A stretch of DNA of 62,305 bases, filler included, from Catajapyx aquilonaris (GCA_000934665.2; 2 parts of 2 records of this genome joined end to end with filler, not necessarily neighbours in it); one strand, 5' to 3'; counted from the whole stretch's first letter, positions 42,518-55,973 are shown. Notes: generated from the sequence alone by a model not told the origin. Numbers and translations are program-made.

Positions 42518-43663
42518 TATATACCGGTACAAACTCGAGCAGTCCTCGAGAATGGATATAAGATATACAGTATTAGTCGCCCCTGGTCTCCCTTCAAAAT
42601 ATGATCATATAATCGCTACAATTATTATGATTAAATAAATGTAAATTGTGAAAGCCTTAGGTACCTTAGAGAGTATCACAATCACAAGACTGTTCTGTTG
42701 TAGCAACATTAGGCTACTGCTGGGCCCTGGGCGATATATGTCGTGACCTTGTCTTGCGCGCCTGGTATGGCCCACGTAATATGGACACGACACTGGTTGA
42801 AACGTTCATCAGATATATTACCGGCCCAATTTTCCATTTTTTTCTTAATTCTGCAATAATTCTTATGTAATTGCATATATTCGCTTGCAATATATTTGTT
42901 GCAAGTCGATGCCCTCCCCGTGTTGCATTCACTTAACTGAATGAGTATACCGCACTCTACCGCAGCGCAAAGTATATACCGTCAAAAAGGCCAGGAAAAT
43001 ATCCAGCTCCATTCCAGAAAGATGACTTCTTGTGATGCTCTTTTTTTCGATGGATGGGATGAATGGGAGTGGTTTACGGGTAGTTTAGCCTACATCAAAG
43101 AGTCACCGCAGGGGTCACAGAATCTTCGACCTTCTGCTTTGACTGAATAGAGGGCGTCGTCATGCTGGAGAGGCAACGCTGAGAGGATTTCGCTGAGTTA
43201 TAATATATAGCGACATCTCTTCGTATGTCCTGCCGTCTCAATCCGTTTTAAGTGGTCACTCACGTATGAGCTACGGGCATACGCAGTACTATGTTCACTG
43301 TGCACGGCTTCATTCATCGTATTGAGTGACTTTCGTCTTCCCAAGTGATGAGATGCTTCAATGACAATCTTAGGCCCAATTGCTTAATCGCAAATGATCA
43401 ATTATCTCAGTAATGAGGCTGCCCAGACATAATGACTCCTCTACTTAAATCAATCCTCTGGTGCCTAGGAAGGCAGTCATATACGTCTGTGTACTGACCC
43501 CTGTTACACCCTGTGTGTATATACTGTAGATAATATAGCTATTCGTCACGGCCTTAATCCCATTCAGAGGTGGCCAGTGATGACCAGATACATGCATCTG
43601 GCCATCTCGTTTGACCGATACAATGAACCCTCTGGTGACTGGTGAGGCCACGCTGAGAGCATA

Positions 43664-43790
43664 AGGCGCATTCACACGAGCGACCTTTGGCCAGGAAGAT
43701 TCCTGGCCAAAGGTCGCCAAGAGCGTTCACAGGCTAGTGGCCAGGTTCGGCCAGGAAGGGAAGGTCGTCACCCGCCACTTGAGCAGGATG
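43664..43790 (+). mobile_element. Harbinger-like MITE end fragment
   Basis: TAA|GGCGCATTCACACG terminus followed by the palindrome GCGACCTTTGGCCAGGAA-GA-TTCCTGGCCAAAGGTCGC and repeated GGCCAGG units. Confidence 0.5.
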
Positions 43791-43959
43791 ATGACATAGA
43801 TGACATGATTACAGGCACACACAAACTCAATGTAAAAAAAAACAATGGCAATGTGAAAATAATGACATGTGAACAAACACACTCTACACATACATCCATG
43901 TAAATACGCATCATGTAAAAAAGTGTAAATAAATGGCCAGCAGCATGTCCCTTCTCTCG

Positions 43960-44330
43960 CCTTCACATCAGGCCACTTCTTGCACCAGAATGGAAGGAAT
44001 GTTTGGCTTGTATGAATTCTACGGTGCAGACTCAATACTAAGCGGTATGAAAATGACTTTCGGCATATGTCACATGTCAATGGCTTCTCACCTCTGTCGG
44101 TAGTCCTCTTCTTAACAGTCGTGATTATTTCCGGGAAAGCCTTTGTACATGATTCACAAAGGCACCCTTCGTATTCGTGCTCCTTTTTGATGTGGTATAC
44201 CAGTGTTAAATGATATAGATAAAAGTTCTCTCGCAATCCTGACACCTACATACTTCGGTACACTTACGCGATGTATTTGTGACCCAGCAGGCTCCCTGCT
44301 GCTGATCTCCTCCACATAATATATTCTGCA
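43960..44330 (-). pseudogene. Degenerate C2H2 zinc-finger coding remnant
   Basis: One intact finger (GEKPLTCDICRKSFSYRLVLSLHRRIH), one finger split by a frameshift (CQDCERTFI / YHLTLVYHIKKEH), and one finger lacking its His pair (CESCTKAF...). Confidence 0.7.
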
Positions 44331-45517
44331 GGATGGTGAACATCCCAGTTGTTCTTGAGTTTGCAAATATAAGAATATAACCATATAAGAATATAAGAAT
44401 GTTATATGTTATATGTTGTGTTATAAGTTAGGAAAATTATTCCATAGACATTTTAAAGAGGGAACATTTCATAGAGGACAGTCCATTTTTATACATCTGC
44501 AATACGTTAAAAAAGTGTAATTTTAGGACGACACAATAATGTGGTCATATCCGGCAGTTCGAGAGTAGAGAGTAGCAATAATTACGTACTTTCAACTATA
44601 CTTAGAGCTACGCAATACCTTCGAATTATTAGGAAACAAATGCGAATAAACAGACAGTGCCATAGGAACATTGTTGTAAACCATGCCATGAAAATTGTTT
44701 AATAAAAATTGGACATATATATTTTTTAACCCTTCAGGGCTAGCCCTATTTCCACGACATGCCTGATGTGTCCTGTTGCGAAATCATTTGGTATATAATC
44801 CTAGTGACCTTTTTCAGGTCATTTATGATGTATTCCATTTTAATATGATTTAATAGGATAGTATGATTATGGATTTAATTTTCTCGGTCTCCCCTACTGA
44901 CCGCAATCGTTGGGCTAACGTATATAAGCCGCGATTTAAAGGGTACTAAATGCTGAGGGACCAGCGCCCGGTATAGACCCCTCTTTCAGAAAACGATAGC
45001 ATAATATTATTGTATACCAGACCGGCCGGCACTATGTATGGGATCCTTTAAATACTGTAGTAATATACTCCCAGAATGGCGCAATGAATTCCCTGCTTGT
45101 TCATTTTTAGTTATTTAAACAGCGGGATGCTATGGTGACAAGAGTGCACCTTAGGATTTATTCCGAGCAACTATGAATTTGCCTCATTATTTTTGTTTGC
45201 CTACTCGAATACATCCGAGCTCAACAACATGATTGTTATCACCAATGACATTTTCCCTATTATAGGGACCTATATATGTACTGGGCAATAATTTCACACC
45301 TGCAGCTATGGCGGTAGTTCTGAAGCAACATCAACGAGCAAAGGACGGATGGTACTTTGTCACAACCCCCCTACTTCATTCCGATAACATGTAATGAAAG
45401 AAAAAATAATGCTGATGACGATTTAAATAATATTGCGTAATGTGTAGTATATTGGTAGTAACAGCGGAGGAACCTGCGTGACTCTCTCCATTCTCTGTGG
45501 CTTCGTAACTATCAACT

Positions 45518-45561
<44 letters not shown>

Positions 45562-45591
45562 AATGATGATGATGATGATGATGATGATGAT
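45518..45591. repeat. (GAT)n microsatellite
   Basis: Directly visible, with one AAT interruption. Confidence 0.95.
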
Positions 45592-46874
45592 ATGTAGGTG
45601 TCCATCCGCTACTTAAGAGCCATCACGTCAATTCTGTGTCATTAGTTTCTCGCGGATTTCTGCCTATTCAATGCTGTCAAACATTCTTGTCGGCATTTCC
45701 AATGTAGTACAGTACTGTACTATTAACCGCAAAAGTAATGTCGCACTGTTATGTGATGGCGGGTTGTTGAGCACGGCGTTGCTACTACGTGACATGCTGC
45801 CAAGGAGATTCATGAACCATGCTGTACAGTCGTGTTTCGTTTTATCATTTGAGTGTGGTGCAGGGTAGCACACTCAGTAAAGCAAATCCGGAAGTATTTC
45901 GACATAGATTATAATAACAATAATAATATTGTTGGATACGGTTTACATGCAATAAATGATGAGCGCAATCCAGCCTGCCTCGATACCTGACCTGGAAATC
46001 TAGACAATCATGCTGTGACAATGCCAAAAATTGGCGTGGTCCACAAGAAACACAGGAAAACGCGATAAGCTTATCATCACGAATGTTCTAAGATGCCTTG
46101 TTTTCCCAACACATTTAAAGACTTGCCTAATCTTAATGGCGTTGCAGCAAAAGCAGACACCAAAAAATAAATATTGGCCCTAACTTTTTTTAACCATTTT
46201 TCACATCATCACAGCTGGAATATTTCATGCCGCACAATACTTTGCCACATGTGGTTCGAGGTTTGGAAAAAGGTTCGCCCAAGAGTTCGTCGCCACACCT
46301 GATAATTAGCAAGTCAGTTCCAAACCCTAGCGTCTAATCAGCAGCTAAGATAGTTAGGTTAACCTAACCTAACCAACAACCCCCTGAGTATTATCCATTT
46401 CCAGGCAACTGGATCCTCCTTATTACAGAACCATAATGCATTGCGCATCATGGACCAAATGAGGCAGTGTCTTTTGATTGCCTACCTATAAACATTGTAC
46501 AAGTACTCGAGCTAAGGCATTACATAAAGTACAAGAACATGTTATGCAAATGTCTTACTCTGACATGGCCAACGCAAAGACAAAGCACTTTATAAATATC
46601 ACAATAATTATGCAATATGCACATTTCGTAGTTTTAAACGCGCGTGTTTGTGACTCAGTACTATCGCACGGTACAGTAGCATGTCCACTAACCTGAAATG
46701 TGCAGGATTCAAAATATACCTTCCCATTTATGATTGTCTTCGCTAAAGAAAATTAATGGTAAAAATGTCTACAGGTTTGAGGATGGTGATATCCACAGGG
46801 TCCTTCGTTGTTTTCCGCTGGGTAACAATAAGCAACGGTCCTGACAATCACGTGAATGATCATGAGTGTGTCCG

Positions 46875-46936
46875 ATAATTCTTATGCTGTTTCTTGTCGC
46901 TGTGGGAACAGCGACAAGAAACAGCATAAGAATTAT
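46875..46936. repeat. Perfect 29-bp inverted repeat with 4-nt loop
   Basis: ATAATTCTTATGCTGTTTCTTGTCGCTGT-GGGA-ACAGCGACAAGAAACAGCATAAGAATTAT. Confidence 0.95.
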
Positions 46937-47945
46937 TATTATGTTTGAAAATGTTCCGTCCACCTACTTCTTGGTTGGACATGAGTCTGGGAAAGTCAGG
47001 CTGTAGTGCACTGATTTGCTTTACCGTCATCAAAAAGCCGCGTTGCATTTCGCGTACATGTGGCCGTAGCTTTAACACAGGCTCTCCTTATTATTCACAG
47101 TTATTTGACAGATGGAGAGACATACAGTATTTTGCCGCTATCACGCCATAATACGCCATAATCGTATTGAAGTGTCGGAGAGAGTATACAGTATCAGTAT
47201 ATATGTTGGCTCATCTAAAGCCATTCAATATGTTCAGGGTCATCGCGTAACAGTACCAATCCTCCCAGTAGCATTGTTAAAGAATTATTCAAGATGACAT
47301 ACCAAGCCCTACAATCAACAATAGTGACATAAGTTAGGCACAATCGCAGTCGTGTCACTGGTTATGTGGGCGTAGTCGATATCAGGAGAGTCTTTATTGC
47401 CAGTTCAACAGTGGCATTATCATATCGTATACTACTTGCATGACACTGTCTTGCAAACAGAAACCACCGTTTCCACCAGGAGTCATCGTTGTCCCATTGC
47501 TAAGGTTGCGTCACTCAAGTTGATAACTATCGGGCGGAGACATCTTTTTTTACACTATATAGGAATTATTATGCATCCCAATAGATTTTTAGTGAATCCA
47601 TATCTGAGCTGGTGAAATCGTCCCTTACTGTACTTCACAAACTGCTACTTCTTTGGATGCACTTGAAAAGAGAAAATAATATGATCTGTTCTGCTGCTGG
47701 AATCATCTTTGTTGTCGCAGTATGAGTATCGTACAAGTAGCTACTTAGGGGATATATAGTAATGCAGTATCTCTAACTTAATAATACGTATAAGCATAGA
47801 TATTACCTAAGAATAAGTATAAAGTAATTCTTGCTTGTCATATAATTTCGCTATAATAATTTTGTTGCCATATAGGGCTTTACCAGATTGCGTCGTGTTT
47901 TTGTGTCACGTCTGCATCACACGCTTGGTGCTCTAGTTAATTGGA

Positions 47946-47980
47946 GGGGGGGGGGGGNNNNNNNNNGGGGGGGGGGGGGG
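47946..47980. other. Poly-G run containing a 9-N gap
   Basis: Ns at 47958-47966 inside a G homopolymer. Confidence 0.9.
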
Positions 47981-50900
47981 TCAGAATCACAGTCGCATGA
48001 ATACCTCACTTGTGGTCAAACATGACAGTATAGTCCTACTGTATGCCTGGGAACAGATGGGCCCCCCATCTCCTTCCGGCCGACTTAGTTACTACAGTAC
48101 GACTATCGGTGTTACACCTACAGTTGTTGTTATAATATAGAGGATTTAAATTCCGGAATAAAGTTGAGTTTTCCTCACCTGTAAGCTGGGTAAGCAGCAG
48201 GCCAGTTCAGCTGCTGGTGACCGCCTTCTGGGTATGAGTTCATGGTAGTTCATGTGGTAGTATAGACCTATACACATCGAGTAATCACCTTTTTCGTTGG
48301 ACCAGGATGTTACGATTGAAATAAAAGGACGTGTTTCGGTCATGCATGTACTTGCAGCGTTGCAAGAGAACGAGGTTGTTTTTCTGCAAATACAACATAA
48401 CCAGATCTTTTTTTAAAAAAAAATCATCTAGTAAATAAGCGGCAAACGATAGCTATACGTACTGTATGCAAATGATTAACAACATGTGGGTTACTTTTTT
48501 GCCACCTTCGCCACTGCGCATGACCACATCAGATTGTTTTCCGGCTGGTCGTAACATTGTTGCATTGTTGACCTGTGCGACTGTGTGCGAACTTGCCAAC
48601 GTTGACGTAATCGCGTATAATGGCGCGTGAAAATAGTGCCTGTTTATTGCTCTTCCTATTTCTGTCCCAGCGCAGCATCAGAGAAAGCATGTTGCTTTCC
48701 TTGGACGCACTTCGAGTTTCATTGCATAAGGTTTCATTATCCAGTAGTTAATATTTTCATCCTTTAGAAAAAATGAGCCTGCTATTTAACTGAGGAATCA
48801 CGTCGTCTTATAGTACGTACATGTACCTTTCATAAAGCCTGCGGAATGAAGGTTAAACAGCGTTTGTACGACTGCTGTGTGTTGACTTCACAGGTCTTGT
48901 TGGGCTCTTGAAATATTCCTTTGTTTGGATACAGGGACAAATATATTGTTGTACCAGCAGATAGCCGATACAAAATAATAGTGATATTATGTCACTTGTT
49001 CCCTGCTGTACTGCACATACGTATATCGCTCTGGTTACGGAAATGGATTGAGAACATGTCTTGAGCCAGCTCAGTAACAATGGAAAAAATTTTGTTGTGA
49101 AAAATAACTCATTTGGTATTGTGTGCAGGTTGAGGTCTTTTCGCTTTAGATCGTTATGTTGTCAACTGCTGAGTCATCAGCGTTGGTGAAATAGCCAGGT
49201 TGCAGCCTTTGATTAGTATAGACTATAATAGGCACAAGCTTAAGTACGATGTGCTGTCTCAACTCTTATTGGTGGAGGATGCGATGATTGTTAGCGAGGT
49301 CTTCCGATAGTTGCAAGGATAGTTGCTCTTCTCAGCACACGCAATCTCTTTTCCAAGCATCGGATGTACTGTCACATTGTGAAAGTATTGTGCATTCGTC
49401 TTATCACCGTCCCATGACGACATCGCCGGTGATTATTGCCTGGAGAAGCAACAATGTGTCGTCCTCCAGGAGGAGAAGTCATTAGGAAGGCGCCTGCGTT
49501 CGTGGACGGGCTTCCAGATAGATGCCAAGTCAGATTGTGGCTAACACCGTGTTCTTCAACAGGTCAGGAGGAATTATTATTATTATTATTGGCCTATATT
49601 TAGACACAAATGAAATGAATGTGATCATTTTGGTTTCTTAAAATGTGCTTCAGAAGGCCACGAAAACTGCCGTTATTATCAGAGTTCTGACCATAATGTG
49701 TTTGAGACGTTTTAAGGCTTCATCTCTTGCGATGGTTGCGAGTAACGAGAGGCGAGCTTGCTTGGCTACATACACAGCTATAGTTACTTTTAAAAGGTGC
49801 TCCATTACATACACCTTTGTGCTACAAGTCCTTCGTATAGTGGCCCCCATTCAACATGATTGTAATGTTTTATCTGATCTAAAGGCAGTCTTTCTTATCC
49901 TTCCGACTTCTCTTCCGACTTATCTTCCGACTTATCTTGGGTCTGTATAGTTCCTTGCTTCAAGGTCTTCAAAGTGCCTCGTCTGCTATTGGGACACGCC
50001 ATCTTCTATCTGTTCTGTCCTCTTTCGTTGCTGTGGAAACGAAGATCACAGCTTATGAAACATGTTTCGCCGGGTTTCGAGGCATCTCCAGCTGCCAACA
50101 TGAGTCAATGTACAGTATAATAATAATTATTATTATCATGAAAACTTGCTTGTCAGTATTCAAGGCGGGCGAAATAATACCAACCCATTCTGTTCTGATT
50201 TTATTAAGGAGTTGTCGAAAGAGTAAAACGTGGAACATGAACCATGCGGTCCACGGCTATATAGTAGTATGTGTATGCGCGTCCCTTCGATTAATTATTG
50301 TTACGAATGTTGCAGAAAAGTTATTGAGCTGTTAGCCACTCCTTGGCACGCTAGAGAAATGAATATGACATAATTATTAAACATCTGCTGGTCCTTCCAT
50401 CTACGTACAGTACACTACATATCAGTATGTCTACTCATTCAAGTTCTGCGGCCAAGTGCAACGTTCGCAGTCATTTAGTTGGTGAATATAGTATATTACG
50501 CATGTGGGGTAGTGAAATGAAGCATAGATGTGTGCCTCTAATGGGGGTATTACATGGTTCGTCCTCTCATCTGATTCGTTCACAGGAAATTCCCGTGTGG
50601 TCTGCGTGGTCCTATACTCGCTGCTGGCTGGAGGTCATTCGGGATCATCCTGTCCTTTCCATGCAGCAATCTGTCTCTTAGACCCACATTTCAATGTTAC
50701 TGACCGTCGCGTCGTCGTCACGGTCATATGTAAGGTCGTGGTCGGTCGTCGCTGTTCACCTTGTCTCCGTTGGCATCTTAGGATGGGTACTGGCCCCAGT
50801 GTGTGCTGGTGCAGACAACCACTTCCGATTATGAAGCGGCGGCGATGTAGCAGCATATACTCGTATATCTCGGAACCTATGCACGTACTCATGGTTAGTC

Positions 50901-51424
50901 TCATGACTATTCAGTTCATGACTGCTGTGAAATCAGCCCTGATTTTATCTATATAACATGCGGGTATAAAAATGTTTCTGCTGTCAATGGCATTTTGTCA
51001 CAGGGTACTACAACGATAATGATGGAGCTGGTTATGCGGCACTTGAATGTCTTTAATGGCCGTAAGTCTCCATTTCTTTTGAAAATCAACAGAATCAACG
51101 AAGGAGATTAAAAGCGTATATTTGGGCTTAATTGCCCAGAAAAATACTTCCAGACCTAACTAAACATGTAATTAAGTTTGTTAGTTCCTTGCTCTTTCTT
51201 TGGGGTAACAAGTGGTCACAAGTGGTATTCTCAAAGGAATATTTATATGGTGTCAATTATATTCCTCCTCTCCCTATGTACGGCAATAAAACCCCTAAGT
51301 ATATAGCTGCTGTAACCTACATAATATTACGCGACATTATTTCTTGCCGGTTGCATGTTAAAAGTTACGGAATTCCGTGTCTTCGGGCTCTCCAGAACGA
51401 ACCAAACATTTACTGCTCGTATAA

Positions 51425-51586
51425 AGGTGCGTTTACATGTGAGCGATTGGACGAGCGAAGTCTTCCGCTGAGTAGAGGCTGCTGAGTAACCCAAGTAACC
51501 ATGTATTGTTTGAGGCGAAAATCGATTGTTAATTTCAGCCTCGGCGAAGATTTCCCTCGTCAAATCGTTCACGTGTAATCGAACCT
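51425..51586. mobile_element. PIF/Harbinger-type MITE (162 bp)
   Basis: Imperfect TIR of ~45 bp (AGGTGCGTTTACATGTGAGCGATTGGACGAG / CTCGTCAAATCGTTCACGTGTAATCGAACCT) and TAA TSD on both sides. Confidence 0.75.
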
Positions 51587-53517
51587 TAAGTTTGTATTAT
51601 CTGTGAAATGCTATAGCTGTGCTCTGGTGGCCGCTCTGTCTCTTTTCTGGCTAAGGCTCAGAAAGAAACACGGGCGCATTATATTTAACAAGTGATCATT
51701 ATCAACCATACGTATTTTTAAAATTGGTCAGTTTAAATCTCCAGTTTTATAAAGAGTTTCTTCGGGGGACATTGCTTTAATGGCTCATGAAGGAAAGTTT
51801 TGCTGCGAGGTTAACCTTCATCTCCTCAGGCAAGCAACAAAGTGGCAGTCGGGCCAGGCATAGTCAGCCTATCGTCGCTGTTCTGACAAAACCCCGTAAG
51901 AAACAAAAAACGCATTTCACAGGAGACACAAAAAAAACCGTTTTCCCTATAAAATTATGAGTCATTGTTCCTAGCTTGCACTCCAACATTGATGCAGGGG
52001 TCCTACCCGTGGTCCTACCACGTGCTCAGCTGTCATGGCGGAACTGTTTCTTACGTGGTTTTGCCTTGGGTTTTGCGCACGGAAAGGCTTCCAACCGGAT
52101 ACGTGTTTTGGTCATGTGGTGACTGCATGGAGCTTTTCCATTGGGCCAACGGTTACGATGTTTTTGCCGGACGTAAAGGGTGCCAGATTGTTCTCAACTG
52201 TGCAATAAAGCGTAATCGGCGCCTGGTGGCGATTACGAGGATTTGTCACAGAACAGCGACGTTCTGTTTCTTGCAGTTAATGGAATATGTCATTATGATT
52301 CATCACTGGAGTGGATCTGATCCTAATCGTTACTTTTGTCGTGCGACATACTTCGAAAGAACCGTGTTTCAGCTATAACGTCATTTCCCCGTGTATAGTA
52401 GGCTACATGAAAGGTTTACTTGAGGATGATTCAGACAAAGCATTAATAAGTCGCATAAATACAAATACAATATCGCAATATTGTTATAACGAACTCTTCA
52501 AACTCCCAACATAGTACCATAACCTGCAGTATATAATGTCAAAATAACCTAGAACCAGATAGCATGGTATCCTATGGCCTTTGACATACACCTGTATGGT
52601 ATGTACTGGAATACTGTGGTATACCTAAATATGTGCAACTGATCTGTCTAAACCACAAGTCACCAGCACTATCAAAATCAACATGTAAAAATAAATACTG
52701 TGTACGACACACTTTATCAGATGTTCTCATTGACCGCCTACTGTTAATTAACTTACATCACATACACCAACCCATACCAACAATAATATCAGCACAGTCC
52801 ACACACCCAATGTATGAGAACGGAATCATTTTACTCAGGACTAGTATAGTATAGTGAATGCACGTGTGGCAGAATGTGCCAACTGCATGTTTACAGTACG
52901 TATTAGCCCATGTTTGTCAAATTATAATAAACAATGCTTTGAATATTCACTAGCAAATCAATCAGAAAACTCTTCTCCTGATATAATGGCCAATATTAAA
53001 TCGGTAAACCTGGTATTGTTAGAGTCATTCTTCTCTGAAGGGTGTCTTATAATAGGGGTGTAGGTATGTGACCTATATGTCCTATGCCTGTGCCAACATG
53101 ATTGGAGGCAATAGGCAACTGCGCGCAGCACATATAGCTCGTCACGTAGCCACCACTCACTCTTCTTAATTTCGAATCGATTGTGAGATAGAGTATGACT
53201 CTGTGCGTTCTGGGCATCGATGTATGCCTCAGGTCGTTAATCCCAGGGCAGTCTTAAAAGAGAGGTTTTCCTCCTCGAGCTTCAGAATATGTCGCAAGAT
53301 TGCTTTTTTTTTTTAGCTTGACCTCAATTGGGCGGTCCTACAGACTCCCCCCCCCCCCTCCATCTCATTTCTGCAAAATGAACTAATGGATTACATACCT
53401 GTGCCTCAAAATATTCCTCAAATATTACGTCCCTTTTTGTGATGGGTAAGGGCTCCTTAGTAAGTTCCTCGTCCACCTATGCACAATTGCACATGAGACA
53501 GAAGGTGACAGAAGGTT

Positions 53518-53525
<8 letters not shown>

Positions 53526-53594
<69 letters not shown>

Positions 53595-53921
53595 CCAGGG
53601 GTAGTGCTTTCACCCACAAATGGGGGTATATCACATGGACATTTATTTTAATTATTGTACATTGGTGCCTATTCATTGAAGCGCCCGGGCCCACGGGCAG
53701 GATGACAGGAGGGGATGTGCAAAGTGCAGTGCGCGAACTGTTATGGGTACATTTTGTGAACTCCCCCGGGTGGTTTAGTCTAAGGAAATACCACCCGAGA
53801 CGAAGCCAGAGACGACCTAAACTCTGCACGAGATGAAGGGGGTGTCCCCGGGCTGGGATCGAACCCGGGACCTTAACATCCGTGGGCGCGTACGTTACCG
53901 CAGCGCCACTCCGCCACCCCC
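53526..53921 (-). mobile_element. tRNA-derived SINE family B, copy 1
   Basis: A box TGGCGCTGCGG and B box GGTTCGATCC. Body shared with 60410 and 62121 copies. Long (ATT)n tail and TSD AGGTTTTAATAAT (53513-25, 53922-34). Confidence 0.9.
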
Positions 53922-53940
53922 AGGTTTTAATAATTAAAAA

Positions 53941-53950
53941 CAGCAGCAGC

Positions 53951-54010
<60 letters not shown>

Positions 54011-54025
54011 AATAATAATAATAAT

Positions 54026-54088
<63 letters not shown>
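53941..54088. repeat. Compound microsatellite (CAG)(CAA)n(TAA)n(TCA)n
   Basis: Directly visible in the sequence. Confidence 0.95.
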
Positions 54089-54089
<1 letters not shown>

Positions 54090-54337
54090 TCCCCTACGCG
54101 ATGGTACATAAAACTGATGAGACAATATTCTCTTCATGCTTCGTCAAGTGAAGACGGAATGTCGTCAAACTTCCTCAGTTGAAGGTGATCGCGTTGATCA
54201 TCCTGACTGTTGAGGGCCACCCACGTGGCTTCTCTGCTCACCACGAAGCCAGACTCTCAGGGGCACAAAGAAGGGGAGTCCTGGTGGTTGATGCGGTACA
54301 GGATAAGTCTGGTAAAAAATATATTAGTACAAGTATA

Positions 54338-54515
54338 CAGTTGAATCTGGATATAACAGACTTCCCTTCAAAATTGCACTGTTCTATGGGTTCCTTTCCG
54401 TTTTGCCCCATTTGAGGTCGCGAGGAAGGGTTGTGACCTTGAACCGANGCCCATGTCAAGGGACGACGTAAAGCAGTCTGTTATAACCGAGGCCTGTTAT
54501 AGCCAAATTGACACT
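54338..54515. mobile_element. Degenerate pogo/Tigger-like MITE
   Basis: Left end TA|CAGTTGAATCTGGATATAAC; right end GTTATAACCGAGG...GTTATAGCCAAATTGACACT is a decayed complement. Confidence 0.4.
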
Positions 54516-55713
54516 TTTTCAGCCAATACGCGAAGTTTGCTGCGTTCGGCATGCTTATAATGCTAGCACAGGTCTTCACTGGGATGTGCTTTAAATGAAG
54601 AGCAAAACCTGGTCTCTGAATTACATCCAGGGCCAGGTAATTAGTTACCAAAAAAAAAATACTACACTGGAAAAAATGTACTTGGATAAAATAATATTCA
54701 CATCGCAAAAAGTGGCCACCCTTTTAAGTGGCAACAAAAAGACCAGCTCCGTGCTTTAAAACTATGAGATTAAAAATACATCCTAATGTCATCGGGTGGA
54801 ATTCTCGTCCCACTTCTAGTGAACTTGATGAAATTCCAAATTCATGACATTGAAGTCCCACTGGACAAAGATTCCACCTACTTCCTCTAAAAATCTATTG
54901 GAACAGCACTTCAAACAACACATGGATGCCACTTGCAATACAGTAAGTGTGATCATGGTTGGAATAAACATTGCAAAAATGCAAAGAAAACCTAAGCTTA
55001 GCGAGAGTTTAATGAGCAATAAATTCCACGATAATGTCAACCGGGCAGGGGTTACAAAACATTTATGGTAGGAGAAAATATATTGCTCTGTGAGTCAATT
55101 TGTTATATGTATGCTGGCATGGAAGAACGTTGCAAATTATTTTTGGCAAATTTTCAGGAGACGTGTTTTTCTTCCGAGGATCCCATGCAAAGTGAATGCA
55201 CTCTCGCTGGAATGTCCGGCTTTTCCTCGGCTAAATATGCGGATAGCGTTGGGTGGACTATACGTTGTTACTCCTTAGCAGAGGCAGATGCGGGTGGAGG
55301 TTTGGGAAGAGTTTCAATGTCTTATGGCCTCACTTGGCTACTAGTATCTTCTGTTTACAATCTGAACATGTCATACACCTCTGTGGCTGTTGTCTTCAAA
55401 CAGAAGCAAAACGTCAACACTCAATATTGGCCCTCATGGCCAACCTCCTTGAAAAGCAAAGCCGAATGCAAACCTACAGGCTCTTCCGGTGTCACTGTTG
55501 CTTGGGATTTTAGAATATTCGAACGAAAATTGGTGATCTAATACTTCAAGCCATTCTGGACACGATGTCACTAACAAAAAGTCATGAACTAATTCTCTTT
55601 ATCACATAAAAAATCAGTCCCATTTTGTTTTGACTCGCCCTCGTATAATCAGGACTGCTCCAGAAACAGGTAACTTGACATTTCAAATCCATTGACACCA
55701 ACTGAGAGGAGTC

Positions 55714-55951
55714 GGGCGACACGGTGGTGGAGTGGTTAGCGCCACAGCCTTCCACCTCTAAGGTCCCGAGTTCGATCCCCGGGTCGGACGGAGGATACTT
55801 ATGTGGATAGAGTTTCGATGGGTTCTCTCCGTGTTCGCGTGGGTTTTCTCGGGGTTCTCCCGTTTCCTCCTGCAATCAAAATCCGTCACACGCAGGCAAT
55901 GATTAAAGTCGGTTCACGAAAAGAAGATCACGGGGTATCCATTATTATTAT
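55714..55951 (+). mobile_element. tRNA-derived SINE family A (V-domain-like core), copy 2
   Basis: Nearly identical to 26829-27147 over the head and core. 14-bp TSD AACTGAGAGGAGTC (55700-13, 55952-65) and a short ATT tail. Confidence 0.9.
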
Positions 55952-55973
55952 AACTGAGAGGAGTCTTCTTCAC

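Noticed and set aside
44936..45051. Kolobok-like element (TTAAAGG...CCTTTAA)
   Set aside because: The terminal complementarity is too short to distinguish from chance.
53439..54151. Poly-L/Y/N/H/M/D/C ORFs (also 26716-27057 and 56742-57065)
   Set aside because: Translations of microsatellites and SINE tails.
55714..55790. tRNA gene (also the heads near 27147, 38369, 53921, 57275, 60410 and 62121)
   Set aside because: They have A/B boxes but no complete cloverleaf or oligo-T terminator. They continue into repeat bodies with tails and TSDs, so they are SINE heads.
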